Part shown: in pieces, positions 27,658 through 40,479 of the stretch
How the letters are laid out: each line of letters begins with the position of its first letter
Numbering within the stretch: position 1 is the stretch's first letter
Source: the human T2T-CHM13v2.0 reference genome, Homo sapiens
Length of the DNA: 64,000 nt
Reading direction: 5' to 3' (one strand)
NCBI RefSeq assembly: GCF_009914755.1
Contig: NC_060926.1
The notes under the pieces: model-generated
Told to the model about the DNA's origin: nothing
Seen by the model: the letters and a program-made list of their open reading frames with translations, nothing else
The model's database searches: none
Made by a program: the position numbers and the translations under genes

Positions 27658-28102
27658 GTGAGCTTACTTTTTTGCCTTCGGCAAATTAGAAAAGAAAAAG
27701 CCCCAAGGCTGCCTGGATTAATAATTTAGGTGCAAATCTGTTAATATTAATGCAGGGGGAAAAAAAGACTAGAAGAAAATGCACCAACATCTTAAGTAAC
27801 TTGGGTCAATTCTTAATGTCAGCTGGCTTTATTTACTTTTTTATACTTTCCACATTTTTGGAAAATTACTACAATGGTCATCAGAACAAGTGTTACTCTG
27901 TAAAGGCTTGTAAGCTGGCCGTCTCTCAGCATAGTGCACAGGTGTGTGAAGTACCCCTCCTGGTGCTGCTGTCTCATCCTCCTGCGTCAGAGATGGACCA
28001 TCTCCTCCAGGAAAGCACATTCTGTATTCACCAAGATGTCATTTCTGTTTCTTATTTCTTTAATCTCTTTTCAAATACTCTCTTCCACGCTGCCACTCTT
28101 AG

Positions 28103-28172
28103 GTTCTATCAGGAAAACTTACATCTTAATAGAGGTCTAAGTTAAAGACCTGCAACTGTGAAGAGGCCAAAA
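28103..28172 (+). pseudogene. Candidate exon (FYQENLHLNRGLS*RPATVKRPK)
   Basis: Acceptor ctgccactcttag, donor AAA|gtgaga, phase 2-0. Confidence 0.45.
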
Positions 28173-28434
28173 GTGAGAAAGACAATTGGTGCTGTTTTGC
28201 CTTTCCCAGAAACAAAGAAATCATTTCACCCATTTAGGTCCCTTGCATATAATGGAAAAAAGAATCACCTTAAGTTTATATAATGCCAGCTTGCATCTGG
28301 ACACACCGGTAGCTTGGCTGGCCCAGAGCACCTGCCTTTTCCTTTGGGGCACTCCTCAGAAGGAAATGACTGAGTCCCCAAATCCTCATAGAAACAAATG
28401 TGTGCATCCTTTATTTTCTCTGTTACATACCCAG

Positions 28435-28671
28435 AATGTGCAAACTAGTGAACTTGGGGAAGATGACACAAGAAGAGGGGGGATGTGTTCAGACAGGGGA
28501 AGTAATGTTCCTGAAGACAAACTCTGCCTACTTTGCAGCCTGACTGAGCAGAAATGTATCCAGCTCATAGCACAGATACCTCCACAACTGCTTCCCGAAC
28601 AAATGGCAGCCTTTGTCAATCAACTATGGTGCTCTCTCACCAAACCCAGAACGGCCGCTTGGCCTTTCTAA
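28435..28671 (+). pseudogene. Candidate last coding exon (NVQTSELGEDD...QIPPQLLPEQMAAFVNQLWCSLTKPRTAAWPF*)
   Basis: Acceptor ttttctctgttacatacccag; 78 open codons in phase 0 (3' part of ORF 28186-28671). Confidence 0.5.
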
Positions 28672-28959
28672 ACACATTACTTCAGGCAGCAGTGCTGGCC
28701 AACTGGGGTGGGCATGAGAGAGGAAAGTCTGCTATTTCTAGCCTAGGGCAGATGTGCTCCCTCAACTGCAGGGTACCTTGAAAAGAGAGTGTCTCGGAAG
28801 AGTCAAGAATGCCAGCAGGAAATGTTTGGCTTTGTGAGGACATGCAGCATCCTGAAGTCAGGCTGGCTCACGCTGAAAAGTGAATATGAGACAGCACACA
28901 GATAGGGAGGTATGAAGGTAGCCTTCATGAAGCGGTTAACAAATGCCAAACAGTTTGCA

Positions 28960-29140
28960 TCTAATAAGCCCAGTGCATCTACATCCCAACGCTTAGAGAT
29001 GGACAGTATCGGCTTCATTTTATAGATGAATGAACTGAAGCTCAGAAATTTTATGTCATTGCTCAAGGGGCATAGGGCTGAGGGGGATTTGAACCCAAGT
29101 TAGCTGGATTAGAAAACTCATGTACTTTCAATGATACTAA
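28960..29140 (-). mobile_element. MIR
   Basis: cattttatagatgaatgaactgaagctcaga...ggatttgaacccaag. Confidence 0.75.
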
Positions 29141-30032
29141 ATAGCAGGCATCTAAAAGATAAATAGAGCATGATTGATGGGGCTCATGGATAGATCCATC
29201 TTACCCCAAATCACGTAATCTCTGAACAACTACACTGGGTCTAAGATAAGAGATCATTGTGTAGTTTGGCACTCAGAAGTGGGTTGCCTCATTCTGAGCA
29301 AAGAATCGAGTTTAATCCTTCAAATAGAAACTCTTATCTGGACTTGGTTAGATTGAGATTGTTACCAGCCACTTCAGTCTTGCCTTAATCACTGTGCAGC
29401 TCCTCTCCAGCTATTATCTATTAAGCCTCTCTCTTACTCACTGAATATTTCATACGTGAAGTAATGGAATGCTGAGCTGTGGGCTGTGTACTATCCTTTT
29501 GGTTTCCATTTAAATTTACAGCTTGCCAGTATGAAAAGAGTCCCGGGGCGCTAACTAAGGTGGTGATTATAGTGTCCATCAATTAGTTTGCGTTTCAGCA
29601 CAATATTCACGGCCCCTTCCCACTCCCTCGTAACAAAGGGCTGTTTAACTCAACACATACACAAACACAAGCATTCTCCCAGGCATTTTTTACTGAGTTC
29701 CAGAATGCGTGTCTCCCAGATGTGCCTGCCACAATATGTTAGTTGTATTGGAAAAATGACCAGAAACATACTCTACGCTAATAAACTGCCAGAGTTTAGA
29801 CCAGTCTTTCAATACAGGACTACTTTTTCACCACCCCACCTTAGAAATAATTATCTTGTTGCTATGTTGCATTCCACTTGACACTTAAAATTTGCAAGCT
29901 AGGGTATCTTTGATAGTTTTCCAAGTAATAACACTTTTACAGAATCCTCATTTCTAAATATAGAAACATTTTGTTTGCTTTGAAGATGATTATGCATGAT
30001 AAGGAACAAGAAGCTGACAGTGGAGCCGACAT

Positions 30033-30535
30033 AGGATTGCCTGGTACAATACAGGACAACCATTAAATTTGAATTTTAGATAAACAATGATTTATTCTGC
30101 GTGTATGTCCCATGTAATATTGGGACATACATTTAAAAATTATTCATTGTTCATCTGAAATTTGAATTTGCTGGATGTCTTGTATTTTTATTTTCTTTCT
30201 TTTCTTTCTTTTTTTTTTTTAGACAGAGTCTCACTCTGTCACCCAGGTTGGAATACAGTGGTGGGATCTTGGCTCACTGCAACCTCTGCGCCTCCTGGGT
30301 TCAACCTATTCTCCTGCCTCAGCCTCCCAAGTAGCTGGGACTACAGATGGGCACCTGCCACCACACATAACTAATTTTTGTATTTTTAGTAGAAACGGGG
30401 TTTCACCATGTTGGCTAGGCTGGTCTCGAAATCCTGACCTCAGGTGATCCACCTGCCTTGGCCTCCCCAAGTTCTGGGATTACAGGTGTGAGCCACCATG
30501 CCTGGCTGTATTTTTATTTTCTAAGTCTGGCAACT
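30033..30535. mobile_element. MER53 palindromic hAT MITE interrupted by an Alu
   Basis: ggattgcctgg...ttaaatttgaattttagataaacaa...tatgtccca/tgggacata...tctggcaact. Confidence 0.8.
30197..30506 (-). mobile_element. AluS (Sx-like)
   Basis: Full antisense Alu; 16-bp TSD tgtatttttattttct at 30181-30196 and 30507-30522. Confidence 0.92.
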
Positions 30536-30999
30536 GCATGCAGACAGAGGAAAAGGAAGGGGGAATCTACAGGTTATAAATACTTGAAAGCTGATGTAAT
30601 CATGCAGTCTATTAGAACAAATAAGCTCCCTACTCAGCAACTTCCATGGCCTTTAAAATATATTCATTCACTTCCTCCAAATATCTGTTCTTATTCTACT
30701 TGAAAATGATGACAATGCATAAACTAGTTGCTGAGTATCTTCTGGGAAGACTCTTTCATGAGATTCTAGGAATCCACAGTCTTACAGCCATCAGTCTGCC
30801 AGAAGACCTAACATAGAAATAAAACTCCTTGGTAATATAAAAGTTAAGGAAAATATTCTTCCAAATTGAAAATGAAGATTCATACTGCCTATGCAGCTCT
30901 AGCAAGTTTTCCAAGTTGATCTTCATTTTTTTCATAAAACCTGGTAGGAAACTATAAGTCCTAACTAATGTGTCCTCGTAACTTCTAAAGACAAGCAAC

Positions 31000-31900
31000 T
31001 TATTTAAATAATAAACACGTTTATCAAAGGCTACCAAATATACAGTCTTGTGTTCAGAATTAAGGTAATAAGATGAAAAAAATAGTTTGGATGTAAAAAC
31101 TTATGATAGAGAGATACAAAAATAGCTACTATAGAAAGCCCCAAATGCTTGCATTTTCTGAAAATCATGAATGAAGTACTAAGTGAGCTGCCAGCTAGAG
31201 GAAGGAATGAGCCAAACCTTTACCAGGTTCAAATCTGAGCCTAACCTTGAAGAGTATGATTTTAATATACAGGCAGCAAGCAGAGTTATGGACACAATAT
31301 TTTAATTAATAATTAGATAACTGATATTAATGAATAATTTTGAGCTTATGAACAGTAGTGTGGTGACTGAAGCAGAAGGTACAAAGCACAGAGCTTGATA
31401 GCTGAGGAGGTTGGAAGAGTGGCTTACAGCCACATGATGGAGAGATTTTAATGCTAAGATTATGTACTGTGGCGATAAAAAACTATCAAAGATTTTCCAG
31501 GACAAGAATAGTCATGAGGTCTGTTGGTTTTTAGAAAGATAACCATAGAAAATAATGCAGAAGCTAGCCTACAGAGTTTAGAGGTCAGGACACTAGCTTA
31601 GGAGTATACTCATTGTTCAAGAGGCATGTTTATATCAAAGACAGAGCCACAGGAAAGACAGCCAGCAAAGAACACTGACAATGACTGGTCATGCAAAAAC
31701 AGTAAGAAAAACCTGGAGGAACAGAAGGTGATGAAAGAGAAAATTCTACCAAGAAATTAGAGCTTTCAAGCAGGCAACTCTCAAGAAGAGGCGGTTGGAT
31801 TTAGCAATAAAGCATCCCCCACAGAATGTTCAGAGAGCAATTTCAGACCAGCGATAAGGGCAAGGGCTTGGTTAACTTGGTTAAAGAGTGAATAGGAGCA
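31000..31900 (-). mobile_element. L2 fragments
   Basis: Diverged antisense L2 motifs (ttttagaaagataacc, ggatttagcaat, gagagcaatttcag). Confidence 0.55.
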
Positions 31901-33900
31901 TTTCTGCTTCCAACATTATAACTGATAAAACACAACAAACATCCTTTTTAAATGCCTATCTCACTAGCAAAGAAGGGGAAAATCCTAGTAGCCAAAAGAG
32001 CCAAACAACAAAACAAACAAATTAATAAAGAAGCAGAAAACCAGGGAGGAAAGCAAATGCTGGGTCAGTAACTTCTAATGGAATTGTCCCATTCCAAGGG
32101 CCTAGAACCACTCTGGGAACAGGACACGAAGCCTCCACAAGGTGCAGAATGGAACTTAGATGCCCATAAAAACCCAAGGCCTTTGAAAGACTAGATGCTC
32201 CATGAAATAGTAGGTTAGAAAAAAAATTTCATCTGCAAAGGAAGACAGTATGAAAATTTACCTGTATCAGCTTCACCTCTGGTTAGGAAAACAAAGCTTC
32301 TCCATCCCCCAGCATGAATAGCCAGAGAAGATCCACAACAAATATTTTATGGGATTTTTAAAAATATTTAAAGTATACTTAATAAATATATTTAATACTT
32401 AAAGTATACTTAATAAATATATGTATACTTTTGTTGTTTATCTGAAAATCAAATTTAACTCTGTATTTTTATTTTCTAAATCTATCAAACCTACTTTCCC
32501 GCACTTCTCCTACCACCAATAATTTTAAAATACAGATCTATTCTATGTGAGTCTGGGGCTCACATTTACACAAACATTAGGGTTTGGAAAGCCAGAGCCA
32601 AAATACTAATTGTTGCCCTAATTTGGTAGCACCTCAGGGTGCATGGCAGGAGCAAATGCAAAGGAACAAACACCAACCAAACTCTCAGCAGTCAAATACA
32701 CTTTCTCAACTTAAATTATGCCTAAGGAAACAGGCCACCAAGAAAAAGAGTTTGTAGAAATAAAAATCACAAGAGTAGACTCTCCAGAACTTCATATATT
32801 GGTATTTTCCAAAAAAAAAAAAAAAAAAAAAAAACCCAAGAAAATATAAAGAAGCAATCTTGAAAAAGAAACAAATTGGACTAATGGAAATTAAAATATA
32901 ATCATTGAAATATAATGAAAATGGAGTTATCAAAGTTAAAAATTTAGTGGATGTTTTAAAAAGCAAATTGGACAGACTATGAAAGAGAGAATTAATAAAC
33001 TGGAAGAAAACTTTTTAAAAGTTCATAAAATGTAGCAAATAGAACCAATGACATGAAAATATTGTTAAAAGTTTTAACAGAACAGGAAAATAAAAGAAAA
33101 TTTAACATACATGCGATTAGAGTTCTAGAAGGCACAATATTTGAAAATATATTGACCAAAAAATGTCCTTGATGAAAACCATAAATTTTTAGATTCAGGA
33201 AATAGAAAAATGTCCCCTCTCTGAATTTTTCTCATCCTCACCTAAACATATCATAGCAACATTACAGGTCACCAAAGACAAATGTATAACCTTAAAATCA
33301 GCCAAAAGGAAAGCACCTTCAAAAATATATAGGTTAGAATGATACCTGCAAAGAAATTAAGATTCCGATGATAGCAGATCTCTCAAAAGCCATGAGAAAA
33401 TAAACATAACTTACAATTTCATACCTAGCTGAATCCTCACTCAAGAATGAAGTCAAGGAGGTATATTTTCTGACAAAAATTTTAGAGTTTATTATGAATA
33501 GATTTTCACTGGAAGAATAACAATAGAAAGTCTGAAAAAATTGGTAAGCAAAGAAACTTTTAAATAGACAGGTAGATCTAATCAAGCATTTGCAGCACAA
33601 AGCAATATGACAGTGCTAAACTAGGGAAATACAAAAATGAGATAGAACTAAGATATTGTGCAACAATAAAGAGATTATAAGATATTTTTCACCAGGGAAG
33701 AGATAGTCATTAAATTAAGCACGCATATAAAAATGTAAAGGTAGTAAGATAATAGAGTCTTGTTTAAAAAAATAGGGGAAAGGGAATTAAAACAAAACAC
33801 ATAGTAATGAAGAATACATAAACTCTTAAAAACTAGGCTTAACACTTATAGATGGCACTACGTCCAAATGTTAAACTTCTCTCAATCAAAAGACTCCGAA
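31900..33900 (+). mobile_element. Ancient L1M/HAL1-like 5' region and ORF1 remnant
   Basis: ttctgcttcc start; A-rich decayed ORF1 motifs (attagagttctagaagg, agattcaggaa, atagcagatctctca). Confidence 0.5.
32340..32492. mobile_element. Partial MER53
   Basis: ttgttgtttatctgaaaatcaaatttaact...tgtatttttattttctaaatct matches one MER53 arm. Confidence 0.65.
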
Positions 33901-33911
33901 AAAGTTTCCTT

Positions 33912-34206
33912 GGCTGGGGGCAGTGGCTCACGCCTATAATCCCAGCGCTTTAGGAGGCTGAGGTGGGCGGATCATGAGGTCAGGAGTTCGAGACCAGCTT
34001 GGCCAACATGGTGAGGCCCCATCTCTACTAAAAAATACAAAAATTAGCCAAGAGTGGTGGCAGGCACCTGTAACCCCAGCTACTCAGGAGGCTGAGGCAG
34101 GAGAATTGCTTGAACCCAGGGGCAGAAGTTGCACTGAGCTGAGATTTCACCACTGCGCTCCAGCCTGGGTGACAGAGTGAGACTCTATCTCAAAAAAAAA
34201 AAAAAA
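33912..34206 (+). mobile_element. AluS (Sg-like)
   Basis: Full dimer, ggatcatgaggtcaggagttcgag, poly(A) tail. Confidence 0.92.
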
Positions 34207-34209
34207 AGA

Positions 34210-35610
34210 CTTATCTTTTAAAGTGTAACAAACAAGCACAGCAGTAACAATGTGGGAGAAGTACTTGCAATGTGTAATTGTTGCAAGAATGTAAGAGGTC
34301 TGCAAATTAGAATGAAAAAGATAATTAAACAGAAAAAATAAGATTAAAAGGAAGGAAAAAGCAATTCATAAAATAGGAAACATTAATGACCAACAGATAT
34401 AAGACACAGCATGATCAATCTCAATCATAATGAAAACACTCTGTAAGGTACCATCTTATACCATCTACTAGGTTGGCAAAAATTAATAAATTCAGAGAAT
34501 ATCAATTGTTGGAAAGGATGTAGAGCAATGGGAAGTCCCACGTATTACTGGTGGGAGTATAAACTGATTCAGTAATTTGAGGAACAAATGGCAACCCCAA
34601 TAAATTTGATAAGGCTTAATATCTACAATCCAGCAACTCTATTTCTAGGTATAGGCCCTTAAAAACTCTTGTTCACGTAGACAAGAAGACATGACGATAG
34701 CAACATTATCTGAAACAAGAAAAAAGTAGCTTATAATGATCATCAGTACGGATCTCTAAATTGCCTACTATGACACTATCTGGATTAGGGGTATTGTCCC
34801 AGCAGAAGAGGCTGCACTTTTCATAGTTTTCCAAACTTCCAGGTTTTAGGCAGCTTATGATTTTATTAACTGCAAACAGCTCACACTTTTACCTTCAGAC
34901 TGTTTGATACCAAAGCAGTCTGACTGTCCCCAAATTCTACCAGGCTCTTCTGTTTGGTTCATAAAAGGAGAGAGAAACAGGAGGGGAACATCTTCCTGAT
35001 GAAACCCTTTTGTAGGAGACCAGCCCATCAGTGCATCTCAAAGCCCTTGAGCTCAAATGTACCTCTGGAAAGGCTGTGCAGACCATCCAGGTATATACAC
35101 TTTCCTAACAATGAGTCACTGCTTGCACCAAACTAATGCTAATATCTGCCCTGAACCCCTTGACAAGAAAGTTGTAAACAAACTAAATGACCATCAATAG
35201 GAGAGTGTAAAAATAAATGCGGAATGTCATAAGATATGACACAATTATCATGGACGAATCCCACCAACACAATTAGGAATGAAAATACTGAGATACCAAG
35301 TTACAGAAGAATACATACTATATAATATTGCTTGTATAAGGTTTAAAAATATAGAAAACAATGTGACATAATGATTAGCCATGCATATATATTTAGTCCC
35401 ACTATAAATAATGTAAGGACATGATAATGATCAAATCCAAATTTAAGGTAGTGATTGTACCATTGGATATTTGAAGAAGTGAGATGTGACTGGGGATGGA
35501 TACACAGGAACATCAATTTTACTAGTAATGTTTTATGTATTAAGCTAAATGGTGGTGCATGGGCCTTTACTATATTATTCTATACACTTTTTGTCCTAGT
35601 AAGTGTTTTA
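34210..35610 (+). mobile_element. L1ME-type 3' region, interrupted by about 400 bp of non-L1 sequence
   Basis: tgttggaaaggatgtagagcaatgggaa, ccagcaactctatttctaggtata, aagttacagaagaatacatac. Confidence 0.65.
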
Positions 35611-37248
35611 AATGAATGGATATGAAAAAGCAGAGTCAGCACAAGTCAATCTTGTTAAACAGGAAATTCACATGAGTAGGGAAGGTTTCTCTTAGGTTAG
35701 AGAGGTATAGGACCCTTTGAAGGTTACCCAAGTGGGATTCAAAAGAAGGGAGACAATCTCCACAGTGATCTGGAGTCATTCTAGAGGACTGAGATGCCTA
35801 AATAAAATGACATCTGGACTAGGGAGGTGAACTATAACAGTCTCCTTTTAAATAACGAAGCAAACTTCTGTACAACAAATAATGTATTCACTTTGCTCAT
35901 TTTCTAATAAACTAAACAACCCCTATACACAGTATCACTTCACTTACAAATAAAACACTTTCTAGACTACCCAGGCAAAAACGTCAAAATGTAGGGTAAA
36001 GTCATATTGATATTCATTGTGTACACTTCTGGTTTCATTCATCAGATCTTTTGATAAATATTTGCCCTGTGAATGAATGAATAAATAGAATAAATGAAAA
36101 TCTCTTAAAGAATTACTGTGCTTAAATGGCTCAAATTCACCTTTATTGAAACCAAAGCACAGCTTCCAACAAATATGAACAACTGCTGTAAGTCAAGCAC
36201 TGTATTAGGCACTAGGGATGTGAAGACAGATTGTTTCCTAAGAATCCATGACATACTTTTATCATAACACTTTTTACCCCATATGCAAATAACTCTCCCC
36301 TTTTCCTGTGCCTTTTCAAAAACAAGAATTGTACTCAATTTCTCTCTTTATCCCCATTCAGCAAATATGCACAGCTATAGGTAGATAAAGTGACAATTAA
36401 ACTGTAAAGTCAAATAGAAGCTCTTTGGAGGTTCTCTGGCATTCGGGAATCTTCCATAATTATGTGCATCTCTGTTCATATGGACGTCAGAAATTTGTTT
36501 TTAGCTGTAAGAGCAGCAAAGGTTAGCAATAAGACATTTCTCTGCTTTCTCATAGTAAAATGGTTCAGTTGTTTTCTTTACTTCCACTGTCTTATGGAAG
36601 TTCTCTATTCTTCCTTCAGGCAATAAGAAGATTCTTTATGAGAGAAAACAAACAGTTCCAATTTTATCTTAAGAGATATATTCCTTTTACCTTTCTCCAC
36701 CATCTAATGGCTTCTTCCTCTGCAGCATCTGGTTCTGTATATTCTGGCCACCAAAAGCGAAGTTCCTAAATGTTGGACTGAAATCCTAGCTCACTGTAGG
36801 AAGCCAGCTAAGAGCTGAAAAGATTTTGGAAATAGGATTTCTGGAGCAGCCCAGAGTCAGGCACCAACTATCCTGTCCATAGTCATGTCCTGTTCCTGCC
36901 TGGCTGTGTCTGGCACCACAGAGTGGGAGCTGATGAAGGCAAGCACGTGGACACAGCTTCCTGCCAGGGCAGGAGCCACCCTCAGGCCATGGCCCAGAGA
37001 GATTGTTCTGGGAGGCTGTGGTTCATCCAGTTTAACCAGTTCAACTTAAGGGAACCCCTGTGCCTCAGCATGTAGGAACTAGAGGGAGTGGCAAGACTTC
37101 ATGTCAGAGCTCTGCTTAGCAGAGCCACCTTGAGTTCAAACTCTTCCATGGCAGGCTCACAACTGGCTCTGTTGTGTAACTGGAACATCTATTATCCTAT
37201 TATAGCAAAGTGCCTCTCTCCATTGAATGATCAATATATCTACCCTGG

Positions 37249-37693
37249 TGTCTTAGTTTATTTCATGTTCCTATAGAAGGATACCTTAGGCTGGGTAGTT
37301 TATTGAGAAAAGAGGTTTATTTGGCTCATGATTTTAGTGGCTGGATAGTACAAGATTGGGCAGCTGTGTCTAGTGAGGGCCTCTTGCTGCTTCAATTCAT
37401 GGCAGAAAAGGGAAAGGAAATAGCTGTGTGCAAAGAGATCACGTGGCAAGAGAGGACGCAAGAGAGAGAAACTGAGAAAGCCAGATTCTTTTAAACAACT
37501 TTCTCTTGAGCGAATGAATCTATTCCCACAAGAGCTGAAACTCACCCCCTGCAGGATGGCATTAATCTACTCATACAGGATCACCTCCATGACACAAACA
37601 CCCCCCAGTAGGCACCACCTCCCAATACTGCACACTGGAGATCAAATTTCAACCTGAGTTTTTGCAGAGACAAGTAACATCCAAACCATAGCA
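37249..37693 (-). mobile_element. MST-family (MSTB-like) MaLR solo LTR
   Basis: tgtcttagtt...ccaaaccatagca termini; perfect 5-bp TSD cctgg at 37244-37248 and 37694-37698. Confidence 0.88.
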
Positions 37694-38669
37694 CCTGGTT
37701 TAACCTTTATTAGTAGATCAGCCCAAGTCATATTTTTACCATTTTAGCCAGATGAACATATAGAAAGCCTTGTCTTCAGAATTTGGCAGTCTCTACCTGT
37801 TTTTCTGCTGTAACAATTCACAGAAGAGTATGAATCAGTCAGCCAGATGGGAGGGGAAGGAAAATGTGGTTGATACACCCTAAAAAACTGGGGCTAGGGA
37901 GTTGAAATATTTATAACTAAAGGATGGTCTTCATAGAGTGAGACGAACATGTTTTGCAAGCAGGCTGAACGGTAAACATTCAAAACCAACATGCTCATAG
38001 CATTTCACACTGTCCCCTTGTAATATTGACAGGAAACACTACCTTCAGTGCAACCTCTATAAAGTTGAGATAATGTAGTGAGAAATCCAACTGCAGATGA
38101 ACTAGATTCCTGGCTTCCAATAGCAGTTGGTTCAATCATTTATAGCAGTAAATAAATGTTATGAAAGTTCATGTAAAAACCATTATCTAAAGAGCTAAAT
38201 ATGAAAGGCTTGCATTATGGCTAGGCATGCATTTCTGGCAGAGGAAATAGAAGTTTGCTCACAATATCTTTTTTTAGATTACTTTGAGGAAGAATGCCAT
38301 CATTGCAATAGTGCAGACCATAGCAAGTTTCATCTTTCTTTTTTTTTTTCTTTATGGAATGAGAAATGACATCAGTTTACATGTCATCTGAGAAGAAAGG
38401 AATTTATTTTGTTGAAAGGCATCCAAATCACTCTGTCTTTGGAAGCCTTTGTTACTGAAACAAACTTTATCATTGTTAATTGTCTGGCCATTAATGGGCC
38501 AGTTTGTTCATCAACAAGTCTGCACATTTATACATATTTTATTGACCTAGTAATTTTACCAATGTTATACAGCCATGAAAATCTGAAAGAAATATCAACA
38601 TGTAAGTCTTCCTTACTCTAAACTCAGTAGGAAAGTGCCATGAAGAAAGGGAAAACTTTTAAGCTACAT

Positions 38670-40150
38670 TTATATTGAATATCTGAAATTATCACAGCCC
38701 ACCCCACAACTCTTCTCTGACTAGCAAACTTTCTCTTCCTCCTGTTTCCTATTGTAATAAGCTAATTTCAGCCACTTCTCCAAGCCAGGATTCCAAGAAT
38801 CATCTGTGATTTCCCTCCTTCTAGCCCCTTCATCTGTTTGACATCCAGGCTATATCTTCTAATGCCTTAATTGTTCTCAAATATACCCCCATTGCCAATG
38901 CCCAGGTTCAGCTCTTTGTCATATTTAATCTAAATTAGTCTGACCAATCTCCCTACCTCCAATCATCCTATCTACAATCCATTTTCCATTTAACTCCACT
39001 ATCACATTCAAAATCATTTTCAAGTTCCCTCAGCAAAGTGCCTTCATGTGGTACCCAAAACCCTCCTGACCTGAACCAGTCTTTCTACCTCCATCCTTTT
39101 CACTCATTTCTCCTGCTCACATTCTATATGCCCACCACAGTGAGACAGGTGCAATTCTTGAAAGTGCCATGTACTCTCTCATCTCTAAGCATTTATACCT
39201 TTGGCTTCCTCTACCTAGAAAACACTTCTTCCCAATTCCCCCGCCCTGCCTGAAACCTTTACCTCTTCAACTCCAACTTGTCTCTTAGGACTCAACTCCG
39301 GCATTAGTTCCACATGAAAGCCTTTTCTGACATGCCCCTGTCACTACATTTTGGCTAAGTGCCCTCTGTATGCTCTGTGAGTACTGTGATGGTTAATTTT
39401 ATATATCATGTTGACAGGGCCATGAGGCACCCAGATAGTTAGTTATGCATTATTCTGGGTATGTCTGTGAGGATGTTCCTGGAAGAGATTAACATTTGAA
39501 TTGGCAGGTTAGGTAAAGCAGATTGCCCTCATTAACAAGTGTGCCTCATCCAATCTATTGGAGGTCTGAATAGAACAAAAAGTTACATTAGGAGAAAAGC
39601 CTGAGTGTCTCTCAGCTGGGACATCAGTCTTCCCCTGCCTTCAGGCTCAGAGTGGAACTATACCATCAGTTCTTCAAGTTCTCCAACTTACTGACTCAAG
39701 ATCTTGGGACTTAGCTACCATAATCATTTCCAATTCCATGAAACCTCTGAAATGATTTCATGAAATCATTTGCCTGCCATCTCATCCACATGCCACACAC
39801 ATGCCCATCTCCAAACCTTTGTCCAGACAGTTCACCCACGTTGGAATGGGTTCCTTCTTCCTCTGTAAATACTTCAGAACATTTCAGCTCTAGACAATAT
39901 TTCTGGCTTCTGAATTTATGGCACTTTTTGCATATATTTCTCATATTACATTTATTTATAAACAGTGCCAGGTAATATCCTTTATATTTTAATTTTTGGG
40001 TTATTTAAGTTTTTATGGATGCACATCTAGTCCCCTTGCCAATTACACTACAAGCTCCTTGAAAACACAGACAAGGTACTATTTACAATTTTTTTTCTCC
40101 TCCAAACTTGCATAGTTCAGCACAGTATACATAACAGATAATCAATACAT
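38670..40150 (+). mobile_element. L2 (interrupted by MLT2)
   Basis: ctacaatccattttcc, ctacaagctccttgaaaacacagac, aatcaatacatgtt. Confidence 0.65.
39385..39728 (+). mobile_element. MLT2-family ERVL LTR, 3'-truncated
   Basis: tgtgatggttaattttat...gagattaacatttgaattgg...gtaaagcagattgccctc...ctgaatagaacaaaaag. Confidence 0.85.
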
Positions 40151-40479
40151 GTTATATCGTTTAACATTTGTTATATGACTAGGACAAGACTAATAACTAA
40201 AGAACACTGCACAATGTAACAAATATGTTTCACTTTCAAAAGAATAAATTATTTCAAATGAGATCACAAAAAAAATGAGAAATCTATGACCATGAACATA
40301 ATTTACTGTAGGCTAGCACATAAATATAAAAGCTTGAGGAGTGGCAGCTGCAAAGGGAACTCCAATTATCCTGCCAGCAGTATGAATGCACTCAGCTGTA
40401 GGACAAGGCAGATGTCAATCAAAAGTGGAATTAAAACAAGATGTACACTTTCCAAGCCAATTTGTATGTATATTTAATC

